A stretch of DNA of 64,000 nucleotides from Bacteroidales bacterium UBA4772 (GTDB taxonomy: Bacteria > Bacteroidota > Bacteroidia > Bacteroidales > VadinHA17): positions 1,365 to 65,364 of the forward strand of contig DHHM01000023.1 of NCBI GenBank assembly GCA_002403305.1, written 5' to 3'. The position numbers and the translations under genes are program-made. Below are positions 9,114 to 18,898 of the stretch, in pieces (the first letter of the stretch is position 1; each line of letters opens with the position of its first letter). The notes beneath the pieces are model-generated. The model was not told the DNA's origin and searched no databases. It saw only the letters and a list, made by a program, of their open reading frames with translations.

Positions 9114-9139
9114 GAGTTAAGAATTAAGAATTACGGATT
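9105..9139. repeat. Heptamer tandem repeat (AAGAATT-like, 5 units)
   Basis: aagaatt aagagtt aagaatt aagaatt acggatt. The stop codon of the DUF1573 gene (9111-9113) lies inside the array. Confidence 0.75.
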
Positions 9140-9239
9140 TGGAGTCAAGGATACAGAAGCGAAGTGCAACTGTTAACTGACAATCAGCTGATAGAAAAAA
9201 CGATTAAATACAAATTAACAATAATAAACAACACCAAAA

Positions 9240-9569
9240 ATGACAACACTTGCAATGATTTATTTACAGGCCACACCGGCAGGACAGGGAAGTCCGAACA
9301 TGCTCACAGGCCTTCTTCCCCTGTTGCTGGTCTTCGTGGTCTTTTACTTTTTCATGATCAGGCCGCAGATGAAGAAGCAGAAAGAGCTTACCAACTACCG
9401 CAACGCGATTGCCAAGGGTGACAAGGTCATCACTACCGGTGGCATTTACGGAAAGGTTGTAGACGTGACTGACAATGTCCTTACCGTTGAGATAGCAAAT
9501 GACGTAAAGATCAGGGTTGACAAGAGTGCTATCCTGAAGGATCCTTCAGACGTACAGACAAAGCAATAA
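9240..9569 (+). CDS. yajC: Preprotein translocase subunit YajC
   Basis: FYFFMIRPQMKKQKE...KGDKVITTGGIYGKVVDV is the canonical YajC pattern. Confidence 0.88.
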   Translation: MTTLAMIYLQATPAGQGSPNMLTGLLPLLLVFVVFYFFMIRPQMKKQKELTNYRNAIAKGDKVITTGGIYGKVVDVTDNVLTVEIANDVKIRVDKSAILKDPSDVQTKQ

Positions 9570-9590
9570 ACTTAAATCCGGGACAGAAAC

Positions 9591-10328
9591 ATGATAATGA
9601 ACGACAAAAAGCGGTCGAAGCAGTTCCTCAAAAAGGAGTTGCCGGTCTTTGCCTTCTTCCTGCTGCTGTCGTTCATATTCTGGTATCTCAATGAGCTCAG
9701 CAAGGAGCTTCAGGGGACCATCAACTACCCGGTGCGCTATATCAATCCGCCGAAAGACCGCATTGTCACGGGTGATCTCCCCGACAAGCTGGAGATGGAT
9801 CTGCGGGGACCGGGTTACTCTATACTGAAGGTCAAACTGTCAGGCAGCAGGGCTCCGGTGGTCATTGATTTTACAAAGCAGACACCAAGGCGTCTGCCCG
9901 GAGCTGCTCCGCACTACTACCTTTTAACCTCCGGGCTTATCAACAACTTCTCAAAGCAGCTTCATGCTGACTTCGATATAATTTCGATCTACCCTGACAC
10001 GCTCTTTTTCGGCTACGACAGACTGGTCACACGGCGCATGGCCGTGATTCCTGATCTGAGTATCGATCTTCCAGAGGGAAAGAAGGTGATTATAGTCCCC
10101 GATCCCGACAGCATCAGCGTGACAGGTCCCGAACATATTCTTGACACTCTTCCGGGCATCACCACCAGGCACAGGTCATTCAGGCGGATTGACGAGAACT
10201 TCAGATCGAAGATACGTCTTGACTGTCCGGACTACCTGTCAACGGAGCAGAAGAGGGTTGTAGTGGAGGTAACGGTATCAGGCAAGCAATCCTCCTCCTT
10301 CAGCCTGAAGCAAGCCAAGGAGATATAG
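9591..10328 (+). CDS. YbbR-like domain protein
   Basis: N-terminal TM anchor, and it holds the conserved position between yajC and coaE in Bacteroidota. The family call rests on context and recall. Confidence 0.5.
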   Translation: MIMNDKKRSKQFLKKELPVFAFFLLLSFIFWYLNELSKELQGTINYPVRYINPPKDRIVTGDLPDKLEMDLRGPGYSILKVKLSGSRAPVVIDFTKQTPRRLPGAAPHYYLLTSGLINNFSKQLHADFDIISIYPDTLFFGYDRLVTRRMAVIPDLSIDLPEGKKVIIVPDPDSISVTGPEHILDTLPGITTRHRSFRRIDENFRSKIRLDCPDYLSTEQKRVVVEVTVSGKQSSSFSLKQAKEI

Positions 10329-10339
10329 AACCCTGTGGA

Positions 10340-10939
10340 ATGGCAAAACGACTGGGTGTTACGGGAGGCATAGGCAGCGGGAAGACAACCGTATGCAGGA
10401 TCTTCAGGGTTCTGGGAGTCCCCGTCTTCGTAGCCGACGTTGTCGCCAGGGAGATAATGGAGGACGACTTGTCGTTGCGGGAAGAGATAAACGCTATCAT
10501 CGGCAGGGATCTTTATATCACCGGCAGCCTTGACCGCAAGGAGCTGGCGCGGATAATCTTCAACTCTCCGGATATGCTTCAGAAGGTCAATGCCGCAGTC
10601 CATCCGGCAGTACTAAAGTTCTTTGACGGATGGGCCGACAGCTCAGAGGCATCCTACGTGATTATGGAGTCAGCCATTCTCTTCGAGGCAAGGGCTGACA
10701 CTCACGTCGACAGGGTGCTGACACTCTCCGTACCGGTTGAGGAGAGAATAGCACGTGTAATGGGGCGCAATGACCTGAGCCGTGAGCAGGTGATAGAGCG
10801 GATAAAAAATCAGATGGAAGATGCGGAGAGAGAGGAGCAGTCGCACTACATCATAAACAACTCAGACAACGAGATGATCATTCCGGAGATCCTTAAGATA
10901 CATAATGACATGCTTCGTTTTGCCGGAAGCAGAAGGTGA
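10340..10939 (+). CDS. coaE: Dephospho-CoA kinase
   Basis: P-loop [13 protein letters not shown], with length and layout typical of CoaE. Confidence 0.88.
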   Translation: MAKRLGVTGGIGSGKTTVCRIFRVLGVPVFVADVVAREIMEDDLSLREEINAIIGRDLYITGSLDRKELARIIFNSPDMLQKVNAAVHPAVLKFFDGWADSSEASYVIMESAILFEARADTHVDRVLTLSVPVEERIARVMGRNDLSREQVIERIKNQMEDAEREEQSHYIINNSDNEMIIPEILKIHNDMLRFAGSRR

Positions 10940-11670
10940 TGGGAAAGTTTGCCAAATGGATAGGCGGAGGGCTGGGCTTTGTCTTTGGAGGTCCGATAGG
11001 CGCACTTTTGGGCTTCTTTATAGGGTCGTTTGTTGACAGTACGACCGTGATCAGGGAGGAGACCGGCGGGCAGAGAGTCTACAGAACGACGCCCGGGGAC
11101 TTCGGTGTCAGCCTGGTAGTACTGATAGCCGCTGTCATGAAGGCTGACGGTAAGGTACTGAAGTCGGAACTCGAATATGTTAAACGGTTTTTCCTGACTC
11201 AGTTTGGTCCTGGTACCGCACAGGAAGCGCTGCAGATGCTGAGGGACCTGCTGAAAAGGGATATACCGCTGAACGACGTCTGCAACCAGATACGGCATAA
11301 CATGGACTACTCATCAAGGTTGCAGCTCATTCACATCCTATACAATATATCAGCGGCCGACAGACGCTTCGAGAAGGCGGAGACAGAGATGATCAGGTCT
11401 ATTGCAGGCATGCTGGGCATCTCCTCAGTCGACTACGAATCAATACGCAATATGTTCGTCCCGTCAACTGACGCGGCTTACCGCATACTGGAAGTTGACC
11501 ATTCGGCTACCGATGAGGAGCTTAAAAAAGCTTACCGCAAGATGGCACTGAAATATCATCCTGACAAGGTGAGCCACCTGGGGGAAGAGTTCCGCAACAC
11601 GGCGGAGGAGAAATTCAAGGCTGTCAATGAGGCATGGGATAAGATCAAAAAAGAACGAAACATCGTCTGA
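10936..11670 (+). CDS. DjlA-like co-chaperone (TerB-like domain plus C-terminal J domain)
   Basis: C-terminal J domain [31 protein letters not shown]. It also has an N-terminal Gly-rich hydrophobic segment and a central TerB-like region. Confidence 0.75.
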   Translation: MMGKFAKWIGGGLGFVFGGPIGALLGFFIGSFVDSTTVIREETGGQRVYRTTPGDFGVSLVVLIAAVMKADGKVLKSELEYVKRFFLTQFGPGTAQEALQMLRDLLKRDIPLNDVCNQIRHNMDYSSRLQLIHILYNISAADRRFEKAETEMIRSIAGMLGISSVDYESIRNMFVPSTDAAYRILEVDHSATDEELKKAYRKMALKYHPDKVSHLGEEFRNTAEEKFKAVNEAWDKIKKERNIV

Positions 11671-11713
11671 CAGACGTTTGGCATACATTTAATTAACCTT
11701 AATTATCGTAAAA

Positions 11714-12346
11714 ATGAATCTGAAAGATATTCTGGCTATTTCCGGTGAAGGAACGCTCTTCAAGTTCATCGCGCAGGGCAAGAATGCAGTCATAGTTGAG
11801 AACCTTGAGACCGGACGCCGTTTCAGTGCCGGAGCCCATGCCAGGGTCAGCGCCCTGGATGAGATATCAATCTTTACCACAGGTGAAGATATGCCTCTGG
11901 GAAAGGTGATGGATATTCTGTGGGACAAGGAGAACGGTGGTGAGGTTATCTCGCACAGGCTGTCTGACGCTGAACTGAAGGAGTACTTTGCAGAGGTCTT
12001 GCCTGACTACGACCGCGAGAGGGTTTACACATCAGACATTAAGAAGGTTTTGCACTGGTATAATATCCTTCACGGTCTCGGCATGCTGGTCAGGGATGAA
12101 GAATCTCCGGCCGATGAGGCTGAGACTGACGCAGCGGAGGAAGAGCAGAAGACAGGAGAAAAGAGTCCTGAAGGCAAGAATATCGACCGTAAGAAGGGTG
12201 ATGATAAGGAGGAGACCGGAAAGGGTAAAGGCAAAGGCGGGGCTGCTGATAAGAAAAGCAAGATTCACGCCGGGGAACCTTCAGACGACAGTGCTCCGGG
12301 GGGACCTTCAGACGACGTCACCCCGGAACCGGAGAAAGAGAGTTAG
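11714..12346 (+). CDS. DUF5606-like protein with a disordered acidic/lysine-rich tail
   Basis: N-terminus MNLKDILAISGEGTLFKFIAQGKNAVIVENLETG resembles Bacteroidota DUF5606 (recalled). The C-terminal roughly 80 aa are low complexity, with a duplicated PSDD segment. Confidence 0.55.
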   Translation: MNLKDILAISGEGTLFKFIAQGKNAVIVENLETGRRFSAGAHARVSALDEISIFTTGEDMPLGKVMDILWDKENGGEVISHRLSDAELKEYFAEVLPDYDRERVYTSDIKKVLHWYNILHGLGMLVRDEESPADEAETDAAEEEQKTGEKSPEGKNIDRKKGDDKEETGKGKGKGGAADKKSKIHAGEPSDDSAPGGPSDDVTPEPEKES

Positions 12347-12347
12347 A

Positions 12348-13196
12348 ATGGCAGTGTCGAACTTCGGCGGTGACGAGGTACAATACAGCTACGATGAATC
12401 GCACATCATCATCGTGCCTGTCCCGTATGATGCCACTAGCACCTATATCCGCGGTGCCGACAGGGGGCCGGCAGCCATTCTTGAGGCCTCTCCGGCACTT
12501 GAGTTTTATGATATAGAGACAGGAGGGGAGGCACATAAGCGGGGTATCTTCACCCTTCCGCCTCTTGAGTGTGGCAGTGACCCGGCAGTGCTTACGGAGG
12601 CTGTATGCCGCACTGTCAAAGGCGTCTTTGACGAAAAGCGTTTTCCCGTTGTGATAGGCGGCAACCATACTGTCAGTATCGGGGCCTTCAGGGCGGCATC
12701 GGAGTCTTTTGATGGGCTGACGATACTGCAGCTTGACGCCCACTCTGACCTCCGCCCCGAATATGAGGGATCACCCCTTAATCATGCGTGTGCAGCTGCC
12801 AGGGCGAGGGAGTATGCTCCGCTGGTGCAGCTCGGTATCCGCAGTATGGCAGCGGAAGAACTGCCATTTGTTGACAGCGAAAGGATCTTCTACGCTCATG
12901 ATCTGTACTCTGACAAGTCGCTCTACGGCAAGGCACTGTCGCTCTTATCCGAAAATGTATACATCACTCTTGACCTCGATGTCTTCGACCCGTCGGTCAT
13001 GCCATCAACGGGAACCCCTGAGCCCGGCGGGCCTGACTACCGTGAGCTGATGTTCTTCCTGCGGGATCTCTTCAGGAGCCGTAATGTGGTGGGTTTCGAT
13101 GTCGTTGAACTCTGTCCTTCCCCGGAAAACAGAGCCCCGGACTTTATGGCCGCAAAGGTCATCTACCAGATGCTCAGCTACCGGTTTGCGGTGTAA
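12348..13196 (+). CDS. speB: Agmatinase (arginase/ureohydrolase family)
   Basis: Metal-binding motifs GGNHTVS, LDAHSDL and LDLDVFDPS...TGTPEPGG. Start set at the ATG at 12348 (MAVSNFGG), because the ORF-track extension to 11988 overlaps the previous gene. Confidence 0.85.
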   Translation: MAVSNFGGDEVQYSYDESHIIIVPVPYDATSTYIRGADRGPAAILEASPALEFYDIETGGEAHKRGIFTLPPLECGSDPAVLTEAVCRTVKGVFDEKRFPVVIGGNHTVSIGAFRAASESFDGLTILQLDAHSDLRPEYEGSPLNHACAAARAREYAPLVQLGIRSMAAEELPFVDSERIFYAHDLYSDKSLYGKALSLLSENVYITLDLDVFDPSVMPSTGTPEPGGPDYRELMFFLRDLFRSRNVVGFDVVELCPSPENRAPDFMAAKVIYQMLSYRFAV

Positions 13197-13197
13197 C

Positions 13198-13989
13198 TCA
13201 AGGACTCTTTACGTCAAACTGCTTGGCCTCTTCCCAGATTACATTCATCTCATCAAGGGTCATGTCACGCAGTGACAGTCCCTTTGCCAGTGTCTGCTGT
13301 TCAAGGTAATTGAACCTGCTGATGAATTTCCTGTTTGTCTTTTCAAGGGCTGCCTCGGGATCGATCTCATAGAGTCTCGCCGCATTTATAAGTGAGAAGA
13401 AGAGATCACCCAGCTCAGATTCTATATCAACGCTCCGGCCTGCCATGACCTCTTCCTTAAGCTCGTTGAGCTCCTCGGTAACCTTATCCCATATCTGTTC
13501 CCGTGAATCCCAGTCGAAGCCAACCCCCCGCACCTTCTCCTGAATCCGGTTGGCCTTGACTGTTGCCGGCAGGGAAGATGGAACGCCGGAGAGTACCGGT
13601 GTGTATTCGCTCTGTTCCTTCATCTTCAGATGTTCCCAGTTCTCCTCAACCTCGCGGGCTCCGCCAGTGACACTCACATCGCCGAAGACATGGGGATGAC
13701 GGTATATCAGTTTTCCGTTGATGCCCTCGAGTACATCACCCATGTCGAACGCTCCTTTCTCGGAGCCGAGCCTGGCATAGAAGACCACGTGCAGCATCAG
13801 GTCGCCCAGCTCTTTTTTTATCCCGTCACTGTCATCCCTGATGATGGCGTCGGCAAGTTCATATGTCTCCTCTATTGTCAGTTTCCTCAGGGTCTGGCTT
13901 GTCTGCTTCCTGTCCCACGGACACTTTTCCCTCAGTTCATCCATAATATCCAGCAGCCTGGAAAATTCTGCAATTGCTCTTTCCTTCAT
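13198..13989 (-). CDS. mazG: Nucleoside triphosphate pyrophosphohydrolase MazG
   Basis: Tandem MazG repeats: CPWDRKQT...ETYELADAI and EELGDLFFSLINAAR. Confidence 0.88.
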   Translation of the reverse strand: MKERAIAEFSRLLDIMDELREKCPWDRKQTSQTLRKLTIEETYELADAIIRDDSDGIKKELGDLMLHVVFYARLGSEKGAFDMGDVLEGINGKLIYRHPHVFGDVSVTGGAREVEENWEHLKMKEQSEYTPVLSGVPSSLPATVKANRIQEKVRGVGFDWDSREQIWDKVTEELNELKEEVMAGRSVDIESELGDLFFSLINAARLYEIDPEAALEKTNRKFISRFNYLEQQTLAKGLSLRDMTLDEMNVIWEEAKQFDVKSP

Positions 13990-13994
13990 CTGTT

Positions 13995-14795
13995 TCAGTT
14001 TTTAAAAAGGCCTCCTGTCATGCCCGCTTCATCTTTTACCTCAACCCTCACGGCATCACCCGTGTCAACACCGAACAACTGGCACATGTTTGCACCGTTA
14101 ATGGATACCTCAAGCAGGTCAAGAGTGTTGAATCGTGTCACTATCTCACCCACAGGCTCATCACTGTAACGCAGGCTTATCTTTTCAGTATAGTAGCGGT
14201 TGTTCTTTATCAGAATCCTGAAGCTCCTGCTCTCAAAGACCCTTGCAAATATCTCCCGTGTGATGTTGGTGATGGCGTTGCCGTATGAATCAATGAAAAT
14301 AACGCTTCCAATTATCACATCCCTGTCAATGGCAGCCCTGAGCGGCATCTTTTCGGACAGACTTTCTTCCCTGGTACCCAGGCTTTCGGGTTGTTTTCCC
14401 GATGCTATAGCAGCAGCGGCATTGGCAAAAAGGGCGATTTCATCATCACCGGTGTCGTTCCTGAGCCGGATCACCAGATCGGGCGGAGAGTTGAGGATAA
14501 GGTTAAAGATGCCGTTGTCAGCACCGATGAACCAGTGTCCGCGTGCCTTCACCAGGAGGTGGGGCTGGCTGCCGGTCCCTTCGCTGCTTATGAAGACAAG
14601 GTGAATAGTACCCTCGGGGTAGTGGCAGTAGGTATTCCTGATCACGAAGGCACCGTGCATGATGTTCATGGGCGGGATGCCCCCTGCATTGTTCACCACT
14701 GTGGCATCGGGACAGCCCGAAGCGAGCTTGCCCCTCAGTATGCCGTAAAAGAAATCATCTTCCCTCCACTCTGTAGTCAGTGTGATCAGTGCCAT
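13995..14795 (-). CDS. SAM hydrolase / SAM-dependent halogenase family protein (DUF62)
   Basis: N-terminus LITLTTEW..DDFFYG and the overall length resemble the DUF62 family (recalled). Confidence 0.6.
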   Translation of the reverse strand: MALITLTTEWREDDFFYGILRGKLASGCPDATVVNNAGGIPPMNIMHGAFVIRNTYCHYPEGTIHLVFISSEGTGSQPHLLVKARGHWFIGADNGIFNLILNSPPDLVIRLRNDTGDDEIALFANAAAAIASGKQPESLGTREESLSEKMPLRAAIDRDVIIGSVIFIDSYGNAITNITREIFARVFESRSFRILIKNNRYYTEKISLRYSDEPVGEIVTRFNTLDLLEVSINGANMCQLFGVDTGDAVRVEVKDEAGMTGGLFKN

Positions 14796-14899
14796 TCCAA
14801 ATTTGTTACAGCAAAGATAATCTTCTGAAAAAAATAAGTTTACTTTGTGAAGAGAGGCATTTAAAAAAAGAGCCGGGAGAGCAAAGAGAGAGAAGATTG

Positions 14900-15883
14900 A
14901 TGACAGAGAAAGTGATAAGGCTTGAGGATATTGACCCTGTTGTCATGTTCGGACCCAACAACAGGCTGCTTGAGCAGATACAGGGCTATTATCCGAAGGT
15001 TAAGCTGATTGCCAGGGGGGGTGAAATAAAGTGTATTGGCGAGGAAGAGGAGGTCAACCTCTTTGCCGCCAGAATGTATGAGCTGATAGAATATTATAAG
15101 CATTACAACAGGCTGGATGAGAGTGATCTGGAGCGGTTGATGCTTGACGATGAACATATGCGCAGTGCTTCCGGCGGTGAGTTTGAGGAGACACTTGTAT
15201 TCGGCACCAGCGGCAAACCCGTGAGAGCCCGTACAGTCAACCAGCTGCTGCTGGTTAAGGAGTACAGGGCGAATGACCTGATCATTACCGAGGGCCCTGC
15301 CGGCACCGGTAAGACCTATACCTCCATAGCACTGGCCGTCAGGGCTCTCAAAAACCATGAAGTCAAGAAGATAGTGCTGACACGTCCGGCCGTGGAGGCA
15401 GGTGAAAGACTGGGGTTTCTTCCGGGTGACATGAGAGACAAACTTGATCCTTACCTGCAGCCTCTGTACGACGCACTAAATGATATGATCCCCTTTCGCA
15501 AGCTTGAGCAGTGGCTCGCTGACGGAACGGTGCAGATAGCGCCGCTGGCCTTCATGCGGGGGCGCACCCTGGAGAGCTGCATCGTGATACTCGACGAGGC
15601 CCAGAATGCCACGGTGAGCCAGCTCAAGATGTTTCTTACACGCATGGGAGTAAATTCGAAGTTCATACTTACCGGTGACACAACACAGATAGACCTGCCC
15701 CGCAGGGGTGAATCGGGACTGCTGCAGGCCATCAGGCTGCTTGAGGGAATAGATGGTATCTCAGTCATTCGCTTTGATGAACGCGATATCGTCAGGCACA
15801 GGCTTGTCAAGCAGATAGTGAGAGCTTATGATGCCGAGGAGAAAAACAGGGACCGTGAGAATAATGATATAAAACAGAGATAA
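14900..15883 (+). CDS. phoH: PhoH family ATPase
   Basis: Walker [16 protein letters not shown], and a PhoH-like C-terminal half. Start set at the ATG at 14900 (MTEKVIRL). Confidence 0.88.
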   Translation: MTEKVIRLEDIDPVVMFGPNNRLLEQIQGYYPKVKLIARGGEIKCIGEEEEVNLFAARMYELIEYYKHYNRLDESDLERLMLDDEHMRSASGGEFEETLVFGTSGKPVRARTVNQLLLVKEYRANDLIITEGPAGTGKTYTSIALAVRALKNHEVKKIVLTRPAVEAGERLGFLPGDMRDKLDPYLQPLYDALNDMIPFRKLEQWLADGTVQIAPLAFMRGRTLESCIVILDEAQNATVSQLKMFLTRMGVNSKFILTGDTTQIDLPRRGESGLLQAIRLLEGIDGISVIRFDERDIVRHRLVKQIVRAYDAEEKNRDRENNDIKQR

Positions 15884-15884
15884 G

Positions 15885-16838
15885 ATGGCAAGACCTATTG
15901 TAACGACAGATTTCCACTTCCCCGGACAGAAAGATATATACAGGGGCAAAGTGCGCGATGTGTACAACATAGATGACACCTACCTGGTGATGATTGCATC
16001 AGACCGCATCTCGGCATTTGACGTGGTGCTCCCAGAGGGCATCCCTTACAAGGGCCAGGTGCTCAACCAGATAGCTGCGATGTTCCTGGAGATGGTCAGT
16101 GATATTGTTCCTGTGTGGAACATCGCATCACCGGACCCCAATGTTACGGTCGGTCACAGGTGTACACCCTATCCTGTAGAGATGATCGTCAGGGGTTATC
16201 TCACAGGCAGCTCGTGGCGCACTTACAAATCCGGAGCCCGGGAGATCTGCGGCATTCCCCTTCCTGACGGCCTGAGGGAGCACCAGCGTTTTGACAGACC
16301 GCTGATAACCCCTACTACCAAGGCCGAACAGGGATTGCATGACCAGGATATATCTGCTGCAGAGATAGTTGCCAGTGGCCTTGTGACTGAGGAAGAGTAC
16401 AGGATGCTGGAGGAGTACTCAATGCAGCTGTTTCTGAGAGGGTCGGAGATAGCTGCTGAGCGCGGACTGATACTGGTTGACACAAAGTACGAGTTTGGGA
16501 GACGCGACGGGAAGATCTATCTGATAGATGAGATACATACTCCAGACAGCTCACGCTATTTTTATTCCGACGGTTATGAAGAGAGGTTCGCTGCCGGTGA
16601 ACAGCAGAGGCAGCTTTCAAAGGAGTTTGTGAGAGAGTGGCTCATGTCACGTGGCTTCCAGGGCAGGAGCGGGGAGAAGGTGCCGGAGATGACCGTGGAG
16701 ATAGTGACGGAGATCTCCGAACGCTATATTGAGCTTTATGAAAAAATTACCGGCAGGAAATTTGTGAAAGATGAGACAGAAGATCCTCTCGTAAGGATAG
16801 AGAGAAACGTAACCGCTTTCCTGGCCGGTCTGAGATAA
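15885..16838 (+). CDS. purC: Phosphoribosylaminoimidazole-succinocarboxamide synthase
   Basis: YRGKVRDVY...[12 protein letters not shown], a long-type SAICAR synthetase pattern. Confidence 0.88.
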   Translation: MARPIVTTDFHFPGQKDIYRGKVRDVYNIDDTYLVMIASDRISAFDVVLPEGIPYKGQVLNQIAAMFLEMVSDIVPVWNIASPDPNVTVGHRCTPYPVEMIVRGYLTGSSWRTYKSGAREICGIPLPDGLREHQRFDRPLITPTTKAEQGLHDQDISAAEIVASGLVTEEEYRMLEEYSMQLFLRGSEIAAERGLILVDTKYEFGRRDGKIYLIDEIHTPDSSRYFYSDGYEERFAAGEQQRQLSKEFVREWLMSRGFQGRSGEKVPEMTVEIVTEISERYIELYEKITGRKFVKDETEDPLVRIERNVTAFLAGLR

Positions 16839-16882
16839 TGCCGCTGACAAGCGGTCAGAAATTAATAAATGTTCAGTTTGTA

Positions 16883-18898
16883 ATGAAGATAATACAGGGT
16901 ATGCTCCACGGACAGCTGTTGAAAGCAGTAGTGATACTGCTGGCGACACTCTCTCTGACACCGCTGAGCGGTCAGGAACCGGTACCGGTGGAGGTATCGG
17001 ACCATCGGACCGTCATCGGAGGGAAGGAATATTTTCTCCACGTGGTGCTGAGAGGGCAGACTCTCTATTCGATATCCAGGGCATATAATGTTACCATAGA
17101 GCAGATCAGGAGTGAAAATATAATCACAGATAACGGCATCCGGGAGGGGCAGATGCTGCAGATACCTGTTTCGGCAGCCATGCAGAAGGCAGAGAGTGAT
17201 GTGGTGCCCGTGCCTGCAAAGGATACTTTGCCCCGGCGCGATACCTCTGCTGTGAAAAGGCCTGTTACAGTCAGTGAAGCACCCGCTCTGCAGGGTGATG
17301 AGAAGTACATCTTTCACAGGGTAAGGAGAGGAGAGACCCTGGCATCCGTAGCCAGACAGTATGGTATTACAGTCAGGGATCTGAAGCGGGCAAACAGGGG
17401 ACTGCTCTTCCCGCAGATAGGAGATTACCTGCGCATACCCCGGAAGCGTGTTTCAACCGATTACAGGAGAATGGAGGCTATTAGTGTCATTGACACCATC
17501 CAACTTGGAGAGCAGGTTCCTGATACGATGACCATTCCGGAGGAGGCAGAGATATTCACGGTGCCGGAGGCGCGGACGGAAGTCACCTCCCTGACCGGCT
17601 CAGTACGTGTGGCATTGTTGCTGCCTTTTTACACTGACGAGAACAACAGGAGAACCTATATTGACTCAACCCGCAAAGACATACGAGGCGATGTTATATA
17701 CAGGGAGGTGACACTACCCTCCACCTGGATCTACGAAGGGAGCCTGCCCTTCCTGGAGGCCTATGAAGGCATACTGATGGCAGCTGACAGCCTTAGATCA
17801 CTGGGGCTGACCATAGAGATGGATGTATATGACACATGCGCAGACACATCACAGATAAACAGCCTTATATGGTCGGGAAAGCTTGATAATGCTGACCTGA
17901 TCATTGGGCCGGTATTTTCCTACAATCTCGGGAAGATATCATCATGGGCTACAGAGCGAAATATACCTGTCGTCTCCCCGGTGCCCCTGCGTGACAGGGA
18001 TATTCTGAGCAACAGGCCAACACTATACAGGGTATTCCCGTCGGAACTGATTGCACATAAGATCATGGCCGGTGAGCTTAGGTCGCATCCCGGCAGCAAT
18101 GTAGTATTCCTCCACGGTGACAGCGCCATGTACGATCCGTCCACGCTGATGCTGTGGGAGAGTGTAAGGCAGGTGGCGAAGGAGGTGGCTCCGTTTGATA
18201 CCATAGGTCCGGTGCCCTACTGGTTTACCGGGATGTCATCACGGCGCGATGCATACAGCGGTGTCACATCGCTTGATACTTTGTTTTCCGCTGAGCGTGA
18301 AAACATTGTTATACTCGCCTCCAAGAACAGCTCAGTCATCAGTTCTGCCTTTTCAGCCATTCATTCACTACTGCGCAAGTATGATATCAGGGTGATCGGA
18401 TATCCTGATGTCAGGGATCTGGAGACCATCGACCTGAAATACTTTTATGACCTGGAGCTCTTTATTCCTGCTGAGTGCTATGTTGATATTAACTCGCCGG
18501 AGGCTAAGGCCTTCAGCTGGTCATTCATGAAAAGGTTCAGGACAGAACCCATGGCTGGCAGTTTTGCCTGGAGAGGGTTTGATATTGCGTGGTATTTCAT
18601 CGGGGGTATGGCCTTGCACGGCCATGATTTCCTGATGGACCCGGGTCTCTTTAATCCTGTGCTTCTATGCCTGGAGCCCGATTTCAGGCGTGACAGCAGG
18701 AGTGACGGATATGAAAACAGGGGTATGTTTATTCTCCAGTACAGGAAGAACATGACCATTGATGTCAGGAGACCGTGGCCCAGGCTCCTCCCCGTGGAGG
18801 ATGTCGCGGTGGTTCACGAAGCTGATTCGGTTGTTATTGATCCTGTTTCAGGCTCATCAGTACGTAATCAAGGACGATTGGGAGGTCGTCAGCGCTGA
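16883..18898 (+). CDS. LysM-domain protein with a C-terminal periplasmic-binding-protein-like domain
   Basis: Two LysM repeats (HVVLRGQTLYSISRAYNVTIEQIRSEN; HRVRRGETLASVARQYGITVRDLKRAN) are followed by a roughly 400-aa PBP1-like region. Start uncertain (16838 or 16883). Confidence 0.7.
   Translation: MKIIQGMLHGQLLKAVVILLATLSLTPLSGQEPVPVEVSDHRTVIGGKEYFLHVVLRGQTLYSISRAYNVTIEQIRSENIITDNGIREGQMLQIPVSAAMQKAESDVVPVPAKDTLPRRDTSAVKRPVTVSEAPALQGDEKYIFHRVRRGETLASVARQYGITVRDLKRANRGLLFPQIGDYLRIPRKRVSTDYRRMEAISVIDTIQLGEQVPDTMTIPEEAEIFTVPEARTEVTSLTGSVRVALLLPFYTDENNRRTYIDSTRKDIRGDVIYREVTLPSTWIYEGSLPFLEAYEGILMAADSLRSLGLTIEMDVYDTCADTSQINSLIWSGKLDNADLIIGPVFSYNLGKISSWATERNIPVVSPVPLRDRDILSNRPTLYRVFPSELIAHKIMAGELRSHPGSNVVFLHGDSAMYDPSTLMLWESVRQVAKEVAPFDTIGPVPYWFTGMSSRRDAYSGVTSLDTLFSAERENIVILASKNSSVISSAFSAIHSLLRKYDIRVIGYPDVRDLETIDLKYFYDLELFIPAECYVDINSPEAKAFSWSFMKRFRTEPMAGSFAWRGFDIAWYFIGGMALHGHDFLMDPGLFNPVLLCLEPDFRRDSRSDGYENRGMFILQYRKNMTIDVRRPWPRLLPVEDVAVVHEADSVVIDPVSGSSVRNQGRLGGRQR

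Noticed and set aside
9164-9421. 85-aa ORF overlapping the yajC start
   Set aside because: It is out of frame with the clearly conserved yajC and begins in AT-rich intergenic DNA. No family is recognised.
10936-11670. TerB-like domain considered as a tellurite-resistance or stress island
   Set aside because: It is a single gene with a J domain (DjlA-like architecture) embedded in the conserved coaE neighbourhood. No other ter genes are present.
11988-12347. 120-codon upstream extension of the agmatinase ORF
   Set aside because: It overlaps the DUF5606-like gene in another frame and is an Arg/Lys-rich mirror of that gene's low-complexity tail. Agmatinase homology begins at the ATG at 12348.
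18834-18898. 65-nt overlap of the convergent LysM and TPR genes considered as a frameshift or error
   Set aside because: Both reading frames look intact up to their stops. Short convergent overlaps occur naturally, and I see no evidence of disruption.
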